In this document: positions 19,209 through 29,183 of the stretch, in pieces
Layout of the letters: each line of letters begins with the position of its first letter
Numbering within the stretch: the first letter of the stretch is position 1
DNA from: Abditibacteriaceae bacterium
GTDB lineage: Bacteria; Armatimonadota; Abditibacteriia; Abditibacteriales; Abditibacteriaceae
Assembly (NCBI GenBank): GCA_031372065.1
Contig: JANMKN010000008.1
Location: 13,117-77,116 of the forward strand
Reading direction: 5' to 3'
Length of the DNA: 64,000 nucleotides
Position numbers and translations under genes: made by a program
The notes under the pieces: generated by a model
Database searches by the model: none
Told to the model about the DNA's origin: nothing
What the model saw: only the letters and a program-made list of their open reading frames with translations

Positions 19209-21110
19209 TTACGGCGATTCGACGATTTCAAGGCTCAGTTCATCAAGGCGCAGCGTAATTTGCGGGCGCGATTCCAAGGTGCCTTTTTCGATGGCTAAAG
19301 CGCCTTGTGTGGTTTGCGACGTGGTTTCAATCCACGCATCGAGTTTTTGCCATGTGCCCAATTTTGTTGTGTCGTATTTATCAGTATTGATGTTAGTCAG
19401 CCATTTGCCGTCTTTGTCGTTGAGGCCGATTTTCATATACGGCGACGGCGAACCGGGCGTCAGCGCGTCCACCTTCATCCAGCACGACAGATGATAACGA
19501 CTGCCCGGCAGAATCGCTTTGGGCAGCGACAGCGAGGCGTAATTCCACGATGCTTCCTGCGGCGCGCCGTCGAGCAGCAAAGCCGCGCCTTCGTGGCCCG
19601 CCTCGTCGGTTTTCAGCGCGATGCCTTTGGCGCTTTGCCAGCCGCCGACGCCTTTTTCAAAGCCTTCGTTGTAAATCGTTTTCGGTTCGTTTTGGCCGGG
19701 TTCAGCGGCGATATCCGCGATGAAATAACGCCCTTGCGCGTCGGAATTTCGCAGCGCGAGCTGTATTTTCGTGGCCTCTTCGGGCTTCTCCATCGCCACG
19801 AAAATTTTGTAAGCACCGGGCGGCGTGGCGGCGGGAATTGTCAGCACGTCGGTCTGCGAAATCTCTTCGCCGGGCCACCAGCGCGTCGTCGGCACCGTCG
19901 GAAAACTCAGCTTTTCCGCGACGCTTTGGCCGTGCGCGTTCAGCAAAAACCAGCGCAGCGCATACGAATCGTAGCACGGCGCCACGCCGCTGTTTTTCCA
20001 GCGGCTTTCGAGCAGCAAACGTCCGGCGCGGTCGGGATTGACGTGGATTTTCGGGTTGCACTTCACGCTCGTCGCCGCGAAGCGAAAACCGAGGCGCCGC
20101 GCGGCGTCCGTCACGGCTTCGCGCACTTCGGCAGGCGCTTTCGCCATCTGCCCAAAGCCCATCAAATTAACGTGCAAATAGCTGATCGGGTCTTCGAGAC
20201 CTTTGTCGAAGGTTTCCTTGACGCCCCAGCCTTTTTGCTTCATTTCGTCGTAGCCGCTGAACAATTCGTAGTTGCAAATGGTGCCTCGCCGCGCGTATTC
20301 GTGATAAAAACGCTTGCCGACATCGGCGCTCGGCCCGTTCGGATTCAGCCCGTCTTGCCGAAAATGCACGCCGCGAATTGCCGCGTAATCGTTGATATTG
20401 GCCCAATCGCCGACGTTGAGGAAAACCCGCGTGTGCGGAAACGCTTTCGCGTAAGCGTCAATCAAGCGACGATAGGCCGCGACGTATTTTTCGGGCGTGT
20501 AACCCGACGCCGCCAATTGCGTGGGCGTCCAGCGCGCCAAATGCATTTCGCCCCACTCGCCGATGCCGCCGATGTCTATGAATTCCACGCCGGGCCGACC
20601 GTCGAGATAGTGGCCGAGATCGGCGATGAATTTTTCCTGAATTTGCAGATATTTCTCGTCCCAAAACACTGGATCAGTCTGCTCTGGCGCGTAGATTCCT
20701 TTGAACGTTTGCGACGGCACGCCGGCCTCGAAAACCCATTGCGGCGAAACGTATTTCGACTGCGAATGCATATTTTGCGACATCAAGCGAAACGCCACGC
20801 GCTTGTGCAGTTTGTTCACCCAGAGGTCGAAAATCGGCTTAAAATAGGCGTCAAAATCCGCCGTTCCGGGGCCATGCGGCTGAATTTTGGCCCAATCGTC
20901 GCGGAAATAGCCGATGTCAATGACTTGCGCGGGCCATAAATCGAGCGCCAGCTCTTTTTCGTTCAGCGTGCCGCCGAGATAAAGCCCCATGCCGGGATTT
21001 TTCAGCGGCGCGTCGGAAAGCGGCGGCGTGATGTTTTGCATCGCCAATTCTTGCGCGCAGAGCGGCAAAATGAACGAGGTTAGCAGACCAAGAGCGAGAA
21101 TCTTTTTCAT
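19209..21110 (-). CDS. Secreted glycoside-hydrolase-like protein (DUF4832-like) with C-terminal CBM-like domain
   Basis: NPGMG, PVFWD, IGEWGEMH, RLGFRF, WKNSGVAP motifs; signal peptide. Confidence 0.7.
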   Translation of the reverse strand: MKKILALGLLTSFILPLCAQELAMQNITPPLSDAPLKNPGMGLYLGGTLNEKELALDLWPAQVIDIGYFRDDWAKIQPHGPGTADFDAYFKPIFDLWVNKLHKRVAFRLMSQNMHSQSKYVSPQWVFEAGVPSQTFKGIYAPEQTDPVFWDEKYLQIQEKFIADLGHYLDGRPGVEFIDIGGIGEWGEMHLARWTPTQLAASGYTPEKYVAAYRRLIDAYAKAFPHTRVFLNVGDWANINDYAAIRGVHFRQDGLNPNGPSADVGKRFYHEYARRGTICNYELFSGYDEMKQKGWGVKETFDKGLEDPISYLHVNLMGFGQMAKAPAEVREAVTDAARRLGFRFAATSVKCNPKIHVNPDRAGRLLLESRWKNSGVAPCYDSYALRWFLLNAHGQSVAEKLSFPTVPTTRWWPGEEISQTDVLTIPAATPPGAYKIFVAMEKPEEATKIQLALRNSDAQGRYFIADIAAEPGQNEPKTIYNEGFEKGVGGWQSAKGIALKTDEAGHEGAALLLDGAPQEASWNYASLSLPKAILPGSRYHLSCWMKVDALTPGSPSPYMKIGLNDKDGKWLTNINTDKYDTTKLGTWQKLDAWIETTSQTTQGALAIEKGTLESRPQITLRLDELSLEIVESP

Positions 21111-21128
21111 GGCATCGAAAAGAAAACT

Positions 21129-23063
21129 TCAAGGGTGTAGCGGCGCAGCAGCGTGCAGTAGCGTGCGGGCGGCAGGAGAGCCGTAATCCTTCAACATCTG
21201 CGCGGCATTGCGTTGCACTTGCTCGTCGGCGTCGTTGAGATGCGCGATGGCAACGCGCTCCAACGCCGGTGTCATTTCCAATTTGGCTACATCTGAGAGC
21301 GTGACTTGATAACAACCTGTCTCTTTGCGCGCCGCCAAGGCCCGTTCAATTTGCGCCACGCCGTAATCTGGGTCGGCGCGTAGGAAGTAGGCCAATAGCG
21401 CCGATTGAAAAAAACAAGCGGTTCGCCCGATGTCATTGGCGTAGCGCACCTTCAGTTGAGGCAGAATTTTCGGCGAGGCGTAACGTTCAATGAGGAACAT
21501 TATCGTTTCGGAATCGGCGCCGGTTTTCTGAAGATTCGCCAACAACACGTCGTCCAGTTCCGGCAGCGTGGCATCGGGCAAAATGCCCAACGTTTCACCG
21601 TTGGCGCATGGGCGAGGATTGGCGATTTCTTTCAAAATCAGAGCGCGGCCTTGTTCCGGCGATAGTTCATGGATGCGGCGCAGAATGTCGTTCGACAGTT
21701 CGTAGCGCGGCCCCCACTGCGGCACGGTCTGCTTGTCCCACAAGCGCAAAAGTGTGGCGAGCAAAACGTCGGCAGGCGCATCGGCTTTCAGATGCGGCCA
21801 CTCATAGCGAATCAAATGTTCCAGAGGCCCGGAGCGGTTTTGTGGCAGCGCATCGAACAGCGGCGCGATTTGCCGGGATAGCCCCGGCAGTTTCACGACA
21901 ATCGCCTCATCCTCTTTTGGCAGCAAGCCTCCCCAACCCAACGCCAGCAGCGAAAAGAGCGTGTGAATGCGCGGCTGGTCAGCCTTGGCATCAACGCTCT
22001 GCGCCGCGATTTTCCAACTGGACGCCAATGCCGCATTTTTCGCTTGATATGACCGCCTTCGCCAATTGGCATCGGCCTGCGCCAATTCAGGCGGCAACCC
22101 GGCGACGTCCACCGGCAAATCGGCATTGGCCTTGACCAAAACGGCTGGACACGGCTCACGCTGCATCGCCACAAGTAGCGCCAGCGTTTCCAAAAATGAC
22201 TGCGTTACGGCACAGTCTGGCCGCGCCAACGCCCTCCGCATCTCCTCGATGAGCCATTTGCGGTCGGGATAGCCGATGAGCGCCGGTTGCCACGCCAGCA
22301 CGTTTTCATCGGGGATTCGATGGGGCGTTTCATTGCGGCTCATGCGCTCGATGATGGGCCGCGCCGCCGCCGGGGTGTTCAACCAGCGCACGTCGCCTTC
22401 TTGCGGCGGCGCATCGGAGCGCGGCGGATCAAAAAGCATTAGGTCACTTGCTAAGTTGGCCTTTTGCGCGTCCAGTTGCACCTGCGCCCACGCGGGGTTG
22501 GTGGGCACAATGTCGAACTCAACGATGTCCGACGCTACCGGCAATCCTTCAGCCGCAAAGCTGATTTGCGGCTTGCTTCGCTTCAGGACGCGGTTTCGCA
22601 TGGTGGCGTAAACGCGATAATGTCCGGGCCGGTCGAAGCGCAGCCAGCGGTTCAATTCGACGGTGAGTTCTGCGGGCTTATCCGAAAGCGGCACCGGATT
22701 AGGAATGCCTCCCGAAAAGCCGCCGCCTTTGGGCAAGGGATAATCGGCGAGCGGGTCGCTGACGCCTTCCTGCGGCGCGGCGTGAAACCTGCCGAATTCA
22801 AAGAAAGCGACAGGACGCGACAAAATCAAAACATCCATCCAGTAGACGTTTGGCGTGTCCGCCGTAAATTCCGCCGTGACGCGAATCGTTTCGCCTTGCT
22901 GGAAGCGCGTTTTGCCGGCGGCGAGACGCAACACGCAATGCACGCCCGGCGGATTCTGCGCGACGGCGGCCTGTTGTCGCGCCTCGAAACCGTCCGGCTT
23001 TTGCGCCCGCGCGGGTAAGCCGCTCAAAGCCACAAACAAGATAGCGTAAAGGCTCTTTTTCAT
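21129..23063 (-). CDS. Hypothetical secreted protein with C-terminal HEAT-like helices
   Basis: Signal peptide; HLNDADEQVQRNAAQML; ATGA coupling to the GH78 gene. Confidence 0.7.
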   Translation of the reverse strand: MKKSLYAILFVALSGLPARAQKPDGFEARQQAAVAQNPPGVHCVLRLAAGKTRFQQGETIRVTAEFTADTPNVYWMDVLILSRPVAFFEFGRFHAAPQEGVSDPLADYPLPKGGGFSGGIPNPVPLSDKPAELTVELNRWLRFDRPGHYRVYATMRNRVLKRSKPQISFAAEGLPVASDIVEFDIVPTNPAWAQVQLDAQKANLASDLMLFDPPRSDAPPQEGDVRWLNTPAAARPIIERMSRNETPHRIPDENVLAWQPALIGYPDRKWLIEEMRRALARPDCAVTQSFLETLALLVAMQREPCPAVLVKANADLPVDVAGLPPELAQADANWRRRSYQAKNAALASSWKIAAQSVDAKADQPRIHTLFSLLALGWGGLLPKEDEAIVVKLPGLSRQIAPLFDALPQNRSGPLEHLIRYEWPHLKADAPADVLLATLLRLWDKQTVPQWGPRYELSNDILRRIHELSPEQGRALILKEIANPRPCANGETLGILPDATLPELDDVLLANLQKTGADSETIMFLIERYASPKILPQLKVRYANDIGRTACFFQSALLAYFLRADPDYGVAQIERALAARKETGCYQVTLSDVAKLEMTPALERVAIAHLNDADEQVQRNAAQMLKDYGSPAARTLLHAAAPLHP

Positions 23064-26000
23064 CGCACCTCGAATGAATAAGTTCCCGAACCGAGTTCAT
23101 AAATCGCGGCGCCGTTTTCCTGCTTTACGAACTGCACGCCGTCGAATTTTGCAGCGTCGCGCCCGCTTTCGGTGATATTGGCGCCCGTTTTTGCGGGCAA
23201 ATAAAGCGTGGCGGTGGTATTGGTGGGAATCGTTACGTTTAGCGTCAGCGCGCCGTTTCCGAGTTTCCAATCGCTGACAATTTTGCCGCGAATCGAATCA
23301 TAGTCGCCGCGCGCGAAGGTGAGGCCGCCGCCGGGTTGCGGACGCAAAATGATGTGTTCAAAGCCGGGTTTTTCGGGGTCAACGCCGATGCCTGCGACGG
23401 TATCGAAAAGCCATTCGCCGACGGAGCCGAGCGAATAATGGTTGAACGAATTCATGCCGGGGTCTTGGAAACCTTTGTCGGCGCGATAGCCGTCCCAGCG
23501 CTCCCAAATCGTGGTGGCGCCTTGGCGAATCGAGTAGCCCCACGAGGGAAACGTATCCTGCAAAAGGAGCTTATACGCCATGTCTTTGTAGCCGTTTTTG
23601 GTCAGCGTCGGATTGAGATAGCCGACGCCAACAAAGCCCGTTGACAGGTGATTATTTTTCTGCGCGATGTCTTCGACCAAATATTTCGCCGCCGCCGCAC
23701 GCTTTTCTTCGGGCAGCAAATCGAAACGCAGCGCCAGCACATAATTGGTTTGCGTGTTGCCTTTGATGCGGCCATCGGCGGCCACAAATTCTTTGTTGAA
23801 AGTGGCTTTGATTTGCGCAAAAAGATCGTCGTATTGGCGCGCATCTTCGGTTTTGCCCAAAACGCGCGCCGTGTTTGCTAAAATGCCGGTGCTATAGGCG
23901 AAATAAGCGGTGCCCAGCACGTCTTTGGGCGTGTCGGCGGCAATCGAAAGCCAATCGCCATAATCGCTGCCGCGCTTGTTCATAATCAGCGACGGATTCT
24001 CACGCTTGACCCATTCGATATAGCGCCGCATAGCACTGTAATGCTTTTCGAGAATGCGCTTGTCGCCGTAAGCGGTGTAAATTGTCCACGGCACAATCAG
24101 ACCGGCATCGGCCCATGCCGGAGTGCCCGCGCCGCAGCAAATATCGGGCGCAATGTCCGGGAAGGCATCGCCGCGCATCCCATCTTCCACGTCCACCATC
24201 CACTTGTTGAAAAAGCTCGCCACGTCGGCGTTATAAGTTGACGTGCGCACGAAAATCTGCGCATCGCCCATCCAACCGCAACGCTCGTCGCGTTGCGGAC
24301 AATCGGTGGGCACTTCCAAAAAGTTGCCGCGCTGACCCCATTGAATGTTGCTTTGCAGTTGATTCACCAGCGGATTCGAGCAAACAAAGGTGCCGCTATC
24401 GGGAATCGCCGAATAAACGACCACGCCGGTGATGCTGTCTTTAGTCGGCGAGGTGGGAAGGCCTGTCAGTTCCACATAACGAAAGCCATGAAAGGTGAAA
24501 CGCGGCTCCCACGTTTCTGGGCCGGTGCCTTTGGTGGTGTATTCGTCAATGCAACGCGCGCCGCGCAAGTTGGTGGTGTAAATCGTGCCGTCGGCGTTGA
24601 GCATCTCGGCGGAACGAATGCGAATTTTGGTGCCGCGTGGCGCGACGATGTTGTTCAATCGCACCCAGCCAACCATATTTTGGCCCAAATCGAACACATA
24701 GTTGCCGGGTTGCGGCTGCGTCATGGTTTTGGCTTTGAGTTCGATTTGGCGGCGCACCGGCACGCCGGGATAGGCTTCGACTTTGATATTCGGTGCCGGA
24801 ATCATATCCGGCTTTTTCCATGCCGCGTCGTTGAAGTTCGCGGTGTCCCAGCCAATGGCTTCTTGCGTGGCGTCGTAGAATTCGCCGTCCAACAAATCCT
24901 GCTCGATAATCGGGCCGTAGCCCGCTTTCCAATTGGTGTCCGACGCGACGATTTCGCGCGTGCCATCGGCGTAATCCAAGACGATTTGGCCGCTAAAATG
25001 CGGGCGATGCAAACCGTAGCGATCTCGTCCGCCGTTGCCGTCGTGACCTGTGGCCCAGCCATCGCCCAAAATCGCGCCGACGGCGTTGGCGCCTTGTTTT
25101 ATCAGAGGCGTGACATCGTAAGTCTGATAATAAACGCGCTTTTTGTAGTCCGTCCAGCCGGGCGTGAAGACATCGTCGCCGATGCGCTGCCCGTTGAGAT
25201 GCATTTCATAAAGGCCGAGCGCCGTGCCATAAGCCATCGCGCGGCGCACTGGTTTGGCGATACGAAATTCGCGGCGAAAATAAGTGGCGGGCGGCACTTT
25301 GGAGGTGTTGCTGAAACTGACCTGATCGGCCCACGGCCCGCCGCCAAAAGGCGCGGCGATTTTCGTGGACTGCCATGCGGCGTCATCGAAAGCGGCGCTT
25401 TGCCACTCTTTGCCAGACTGCTTGGAAGATTTCCAACTGCCATCCGAAACGAAAGTTTTGTTACCCCATTCTGGCGATTGGATAGCCAATTTCGTCACCA
25501 GCCCGGCGGGGCTGTTGGCGCCGTTTTTCACTTCGACGGCCAAGATATTCGGCCCGGCGTGCATTGTTTTCTGCACATCAACCGACTTGGCTTCTTTCCA
25601 CGAATTGCTGGCGCCCATGAGCTTGCCGTTCAGCCACGCGCGCCAACTGTCATCGCCGGAAAGCGAAAGTTTGGCGCTGCTAATGGTAACATCGGCGGGC
25701 ACATTGATGGTCGTGCGGAAATAGCGCGTGCCTTCGGGCACGTTTTGCGTGGCGTCGCCTTCGGGAAACCAAATCCAACTCGCGCCTTTGAAATCGCCTG
25801 TGGCAACGGGCGCATCGGGCAACGCTTCGAGATTAATCCATTGCCCTTTCCATTCGGCGGCGATGTTCATCAAACCCGCCGTCCATTGCGCGGGCGCGCT
25901 GTAGGCCGAAGGCTTGCCGTTTTTGTCCCAAGTGCGCACGCTCCACCGCGCGGTTTGCCCGCTTTGCAGCGGTTTGCCCGCATAGACAATTTGATTGGTG

Positions 26001-26254
26001 GCGTTGCCCGTCACCTTGCCGCTGTTCCACAAGTCGCCTTTGGCAAGGCTATTCGGGCTGGAGCCGACCAAAATCTGATACGCGCTTTGCTTTTCGCCAC
26101 GCGTTCTCGACTCGACAATCCAACTCAAACGCGGCTGTTTCTCATCAATGCCAATGGGATTGACTTTATATTCGCAGCGCAAATTCGCGGGCGTAATTTC
26201 AGCGCGCAGCGGTGCCACAGCCAACAACAAAGCAGCAAGAGCAATTCGTTTCAT
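23060..26254 (-). CDS. Alpha-L-rhamnosidase, GH78
   Basis: LRCEY, DLGQNMVGW, PTDCPQRDERCGWMGD, GATTIWERW, MNSFNHY. Likely start is ATG 26254. Confidence 0.95.
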   Translation of the reverse strand: MKRIALAALLLAVAPLRAEITPANLRCEYKVNPIGIDEKQPRLSWIVESRTRGEKQSAYQILVGSSPNSLAKGDLWNSGKVTGNATNQIVYAGKPLQSGQTARWSVRTWDKNGKPSAYSAPAQWTAGLMNIAAEWKGQWINLEALPDAPVATGDFKGASWIWFPEGDATQNVPEGTRYFRTTINVPADVTISSAKLSLSGDDSWRAWLNGKLMGASNSWKEAKSVDVQKTMHAGPNILAVEVKNGANSPAGLVTKLAIQSPEWGNKTFVSDGSWKSSKQSGKEWQSAAFDDAAWQSTKIAAPFGGGPWADQVSFSNTSKVPPATYFRREFRIAKPVRRAMAYGTALGLYEMHLNGQRIGDDVFTPGWTDYKKRVYYQTYDVTPLIKQGANAVGAILGDGWATGHDGNGGRDRYGLHRPHFSGQIVLDYADGTREIVASDTNWKAGYGPIIEQDLLDGEFYDATQEAIGWDTANFNDAAWKKPDMIPAPNIKVEAYPGVPVRRQIELKAKTMTQPQPGNYVFDLGQNMVGWVRLNNIVAPRGTKIRIRSAEMLNADGTIYTTNLRGARCIDEYTTKGTGPETWEPRFTFHGFRYVELTGLPTSPTKDSITGVVVYSAIPDSGTFVCSNPLVNQLQSNIQWGQRGNFLEVPTDCPQRDERCGWMGDAQIFVRTSTYNADVASFFNKWMVDVEDGMRGDAFPDIAPDICCGAGTPAWADAGLIVPWTIYTAYGDKRILEKHYSAMRRYIEWVKRENPSLIMNKRGSDYGDWLSIAADTPKDVLGTAYFAYSTGILANTARVLGKTEDARQYDDLFAQIKATFNKEFVAADGRIKGNTQTNYVLALRFDLLPEEKRAAAAKYLVEDIAQKNNHLSTGFVGVGYLNPTLTKNGYKDMAYKLLLQDTFPSWGYSIRQGATTIWERWDGYRADKGFQDPGMNSFNHYSLGSVGEWLFDTVAGIGVDPEKPGFEHIILRPQPGGGLTFARGDYDSIRGKIVSDWKLGNGALTLNVTIPTNTTATLYLPAKTGANITESGRDAAKFDGVQFVKQENGAAIYELGSGTYSFEVR

Positions 26255-26342
26255 GAACCCTTTCGACAACTCCAACAATTTCAATTTTGTGTCCCCTCAG
26301 TTTGGCAGGGTTGCAATCGCCGTGTCAGCACCTCCGGCAAAC

Positions 26343-26379
26343 AAAAAGCGCGCCTCTCACTTGAGAAACGCGCTTTTGC
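26343..26379 (-). terminator. Probable intrinsic terminator
   Basis: AAAAAGCGCGCCTCTCA-CT-TGAGAAACGCGCTTTT imperfect hairpin downstream of the 26459 gene. Confidence 0.65.
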
Positions 26380-26458
26380 TTTGCATCAAAACTCAAAACA
26401 GCCGCTAAAGGAGAACGATTGCCAACATAGTCTTTTGTTCGCCTGCTGTTGATTGCTT

Positions 26459-26794
26459 TTAGGGTGAATCAAAATAACGAATGGCTCGATGTGACCAAAG
26501 GTCGAACTGCTCTTGCTCTTGCCAAACGTTCAGAAGCATGAGGGCGATGCCGACAGCGACGCCCATTGAAATGTAAAGCCAGAACCGCTTATTACTGCTG
26601 CTGTGCCAAAGTGCTATTAGCCCAAACCCATTAAGAATGATTAAACCGGCAGTGGCAAACGCGCAGATGAACCACTCAGAACACACGCTGCCTGGACTTC
26701 TGAGTTTGAAGGTGGCTGGCAGGAACAGCAGGAGGAACAGAGCATAAACCAGAGACACGCGAGTTAGCCATTTGCCTTGAGATGATTTATTCAT
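26459..26794 (-). CDS. Small hypothetical 3-TM membrane protein
   Basis: GGAGG RBS before ATG 26794; three hydrophobic segments. Confidence 0.6.
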   Translation of the reverse strand: MNKSSQGKWLTRVSLVYALFLLLFLPATFKLRSPGSVCSEWFICAFATAGLIILNGFGLIALWHSSSNKRFWLYISMGVAVGIALMLLNVWQEQEQFDLWSHRAIRYFDSP

Positions 26795-26995
26795 ATCCTC
26801 CACCTGCCTTAAAGTATGACAAATTCGGCTACGCCCCACGCACCAACCCGACAACATTATTAATCCGCAAATGGGCGGCGTAACACCGCTTTTTCGCGCT
26901 GACAATGGGCAGAAATACAGTGGCGGTCTAAATGCGTTAAAAACGTGCGAACTGCGAACACTCATAATTTTTGCAAAAAAACTGAGGTTTGGGGC

Positions 26996-27025
26996 TTGTC
27001 AAAGCGTGTTTTAGGAGATTAAAAT
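26996..27025 (+). promoter_or_regulatory. Candidate sigma70 promoter reading into the 42-bp array
   Basis: TTGTCA-18 nt-TAAAAT. Confidence 0.4.
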
Positions 27026-27059
27026 AGCTTTTGAACGCCCCACCGCTGTGTTTTTACTG

Positions 27060-27329
27060 TTTCCCCTGTCGGGGCAGGCGCAAAACGATTCCGGTTGAGA
27101 GTTCCCCCTATAAGGGGAAGACCAAAACGCTTTCGGTTGAAGGCTCCCCCTATAAGGGGAAGCGCAAACGGAAATCGGTTGAAGCCTCCCCTTATAGGGG
27201 GAAGCACAAAACGCTTTCGGTTGGAGGTTCCCCTTATAGGGGGAAGTGCAAAACGCTTTCGGTTGGAGGCTCCCCTTATGAGGGGAAGGACAAAATGGTT
27301 TCGGTTGGAGGCTCACCTTATAGGAGAGC
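27060..27329. repeat. Tandem array of 42-bp units (six full, one partial), each with a palindromic core
   Basis: Consensus YTCCCCYTATARGGGGAAG-NN-CAAAACGCTTTCGGTTGRAGG; units start at 27060, 27102, 27144, 27186, 27228, 27270 and 27312. Confidence 0.95.
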
Positions 27330-27411
27330 GCGCGGCGAAAGCGGCTTTTTCACTTTTCTTGATACTTTTTCGTGCCCGCGTCGGGCCATTCATCATTGGA
27401 GGAGGCAAATT

Positions 27412-28119
27412 ATGCCCAACAGAGGGATTTCTGAGGTTACAGACCAGTTAGAGCAGTGTTTAGGCGCCGATGGCGACGTGGAAGTCGGCAAAAGATGGAA
27501 ATTCACCGCCGAATTTCGCGCCGAGGTGCAGGATACTTTCGACGATTTAGTCGCCGCCAATGAAGATATTCCCCTCAGCGAAGGCAATCGGCGCACCGCC
27601 AGCGACCAATTAAAAGTGGATTATCCCGTCGCTGAGACGATGATTCACGCGGTTTACAATCGCATCAAAGGTTTGTCGCTAACCGGAAGCAGTTTGCCGC
27701 TGTTGGTAGCCTATGGGTTTGAAAGCGGACAGTTGGGCGAATTCGATCAAAGTCGCGTGCGCAAGTTTTTAGGGCAATTTCTCACCACCAGCGCCGATTT
27801 TGCCGATGTCAACAGCCCCAATCACAACGCCGCCGCCGTTTTGCCCGCCGATTGGATTACGCAGATTACTCCCCTCAAAAAGCGCCTGAGCGATAACGAA
27901 CTGCTGGCTTCGGTGGGTTCGCGCTCTGATTTAGTGGAGTTGCGCCGACAAAAACTGCTCGCCGCCGAAGATATTATCAGCCGCATCTGGCATTATTTGA
28001 GTTACGGATTGCCCAAACGCGACCAAGACCCGCTGCTGCATAATTATGGCTTCGACCCGCGCAAAAACCCAACCGGGCAACACGATAACACGACTGCGCC
28101 GGTTGCGCCGACCAGCTAA
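27412..28119 (+). CDS. Hypothetical 235-aa helical protein with internal duplication
   Basis: Strong GGAGGAGG RBS before ATG 27412; the two halves end in PLLVAYGF and PLLHNYGF. Confidence 0.85.
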   Translation: MPNRGISEVTDQLEQCLGADGDVEVGKRWKFTAEFRAEVQDTFDDLVAANEDIPLSEGNRRTASDQLKVDYPVAETMIHAVYNRIKGLSLTGSSLPLLVAYGFESGQLGEFDQSRVRKFLGQFLTTSADFADVNSPNHNAAAVLPADWITQITPLKKRLSDNELLASVGSRSDLVELRRQKLLAAEDIISRIWHYLSYGLPKRDQDPLLHNYGFDPRKNPTGQHDNTTAPVAPTS

Positions 28120-28133
28120 CTTAAGCCATCACT

Positions 28134-29105
28134 TCACTGCGGCAAGGGCACCAAAAGATAGCGGCACGGCAGCGATTGGTCATTTTCATCTTTTCCGGCG
28201 TCTTCGATGAATAACAAACCCGCTTCATCGCCGACGTTCATACGGCAGAGGCCCTCGGCGTTTTTCAAACCGCCGGTGTCCAAAGGTTTGGCAACCGGTG
28301 GGCTTTTCAAGTCCCAAAACCAGAGTTTCCACGTTTCGGCATTCACCACCACAGCGTTGGCCGAGGCGCCAGAAACAATCCAGCATCCGCCTCGTTCGGC
28401 ATCATAAAACATCCCGCGAATGCCCTGCCCGTCCAAAGGCAGATAAAGGGCTTCTTTTTCAAACTTCGGCGGCTTATCTTCATCGAAAATAGCGTGCGGA
28501 TTGGTGAGGGCAATCACAATGGCATCACCGGCATAGCCTGTGTTATTGGGGTCGCGAAAATGCAGGGGCGAGCGAAAACCCAACAATAATCTGCCGTCTG
28601 GCAACAAGGTGGTGCCTTCGATGTTGAAGGTGCCTCCCACGCCGCCATTGTTGACATGACTTTGAACCGAAGGCGCCAATTCGGGAAAAGCGGCAACGAT
28701 GGCGCTTTTAAACGCCGGTATATCTTTACTGCCCTGCCCATTCTGGCCTTTTGGCTGCACTTGGCCCATTTCGTCGAAGACCAAGCGCACCAGTTTTTCG
28801 CGCTTTTTCTTTATTTCATTCGCTGAATTCTTCGAGCCGGAAACCACCACGAACGCCATACGCCGTTCTTTGTCCCACGCGATGTCTTCCATGTCGTTTA
28901 CGTCAATCGAGCCTTGTAATTCGGCTTCAAGACTCTTAACGCTTTCCATAAACTCCACAGTGTTAAAGCGATTGGTTGATTGTCTGATTTGCGCGACAAA
29001 CAAATCTTTATCGCCGATCAGCAAAACCACATCATCGTCCAAACCTTCGAGCGGCGTCACGCCGGACGCCTGTTTCAATTCGTCAGGAATCATGCCAATT
29101 TTCAT
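28134..29105 (-). CDS. DUF3616-like beta-propeller protein
   Basis: DMEDIA, FNIEG...GRLLLGFRSP, LDGQGIRGM, AEGL motifs. Confidence 0.7.
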   Translation of the reverse strand: MKIGMIPDELKQASGVTPLEGLDDDVVLLIGDKDLFVAQIRQSTNRFNTVEFMESVKSLEAELQGSIDVNDMEDIAWDKERRMAFVVVSGSKNSANEIKKKREKLVRLVFDEMGQVQPKGQNGQGSKDIPAFKSAIVAAFPELAPSVQSHVNNGGVGGTFNIEGTTLLPDGRLLLGFRSPLHFRDPNNTGYAGDAIVIALTNPHAIFDEDKPPKFEKEALYLPLDGQGIRGMFYDAERGGCWIVSGASANAVVVNAETWKLWFWDLKSPPVAKPLDTGGLKNAEGLCRMNVGDEAGLLFIEDAGKDENDQSLPCRYLLVPLPQ

Positions 29106-29183
29106 AACGTTATTCTCTCCTTTAAAAACTTCTCTTTGCTTGCAGGCGAAGCCAACTTAATGGAAGCCAGCATAGCATGAGCA

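Noticed and set aside
19305..20939. 544-aa plus-strand ORF
   Set aside because: Antisense shadow of the DUF4832-like gene.
24293..26452. 719-aa plus-strand ORF
   Set aside because: Antisense shadow of the GH78 gene; no motifs.
27060..27329. CRISPR or TIGR array
   Set aside because: The linkers are near-identical rather than unique spacers, and there is no cas or recognisable Nop-domain gene in the window.
27011..27451. Repeat-peptide ORFs across the array in four frames, including a 362-aa extended form of the helical protein
   Set aside because: Open frames follow from a stop-free 42-bp unit. The strong RBS points to ATG 27412. Translation of the extension is not formally excluded.
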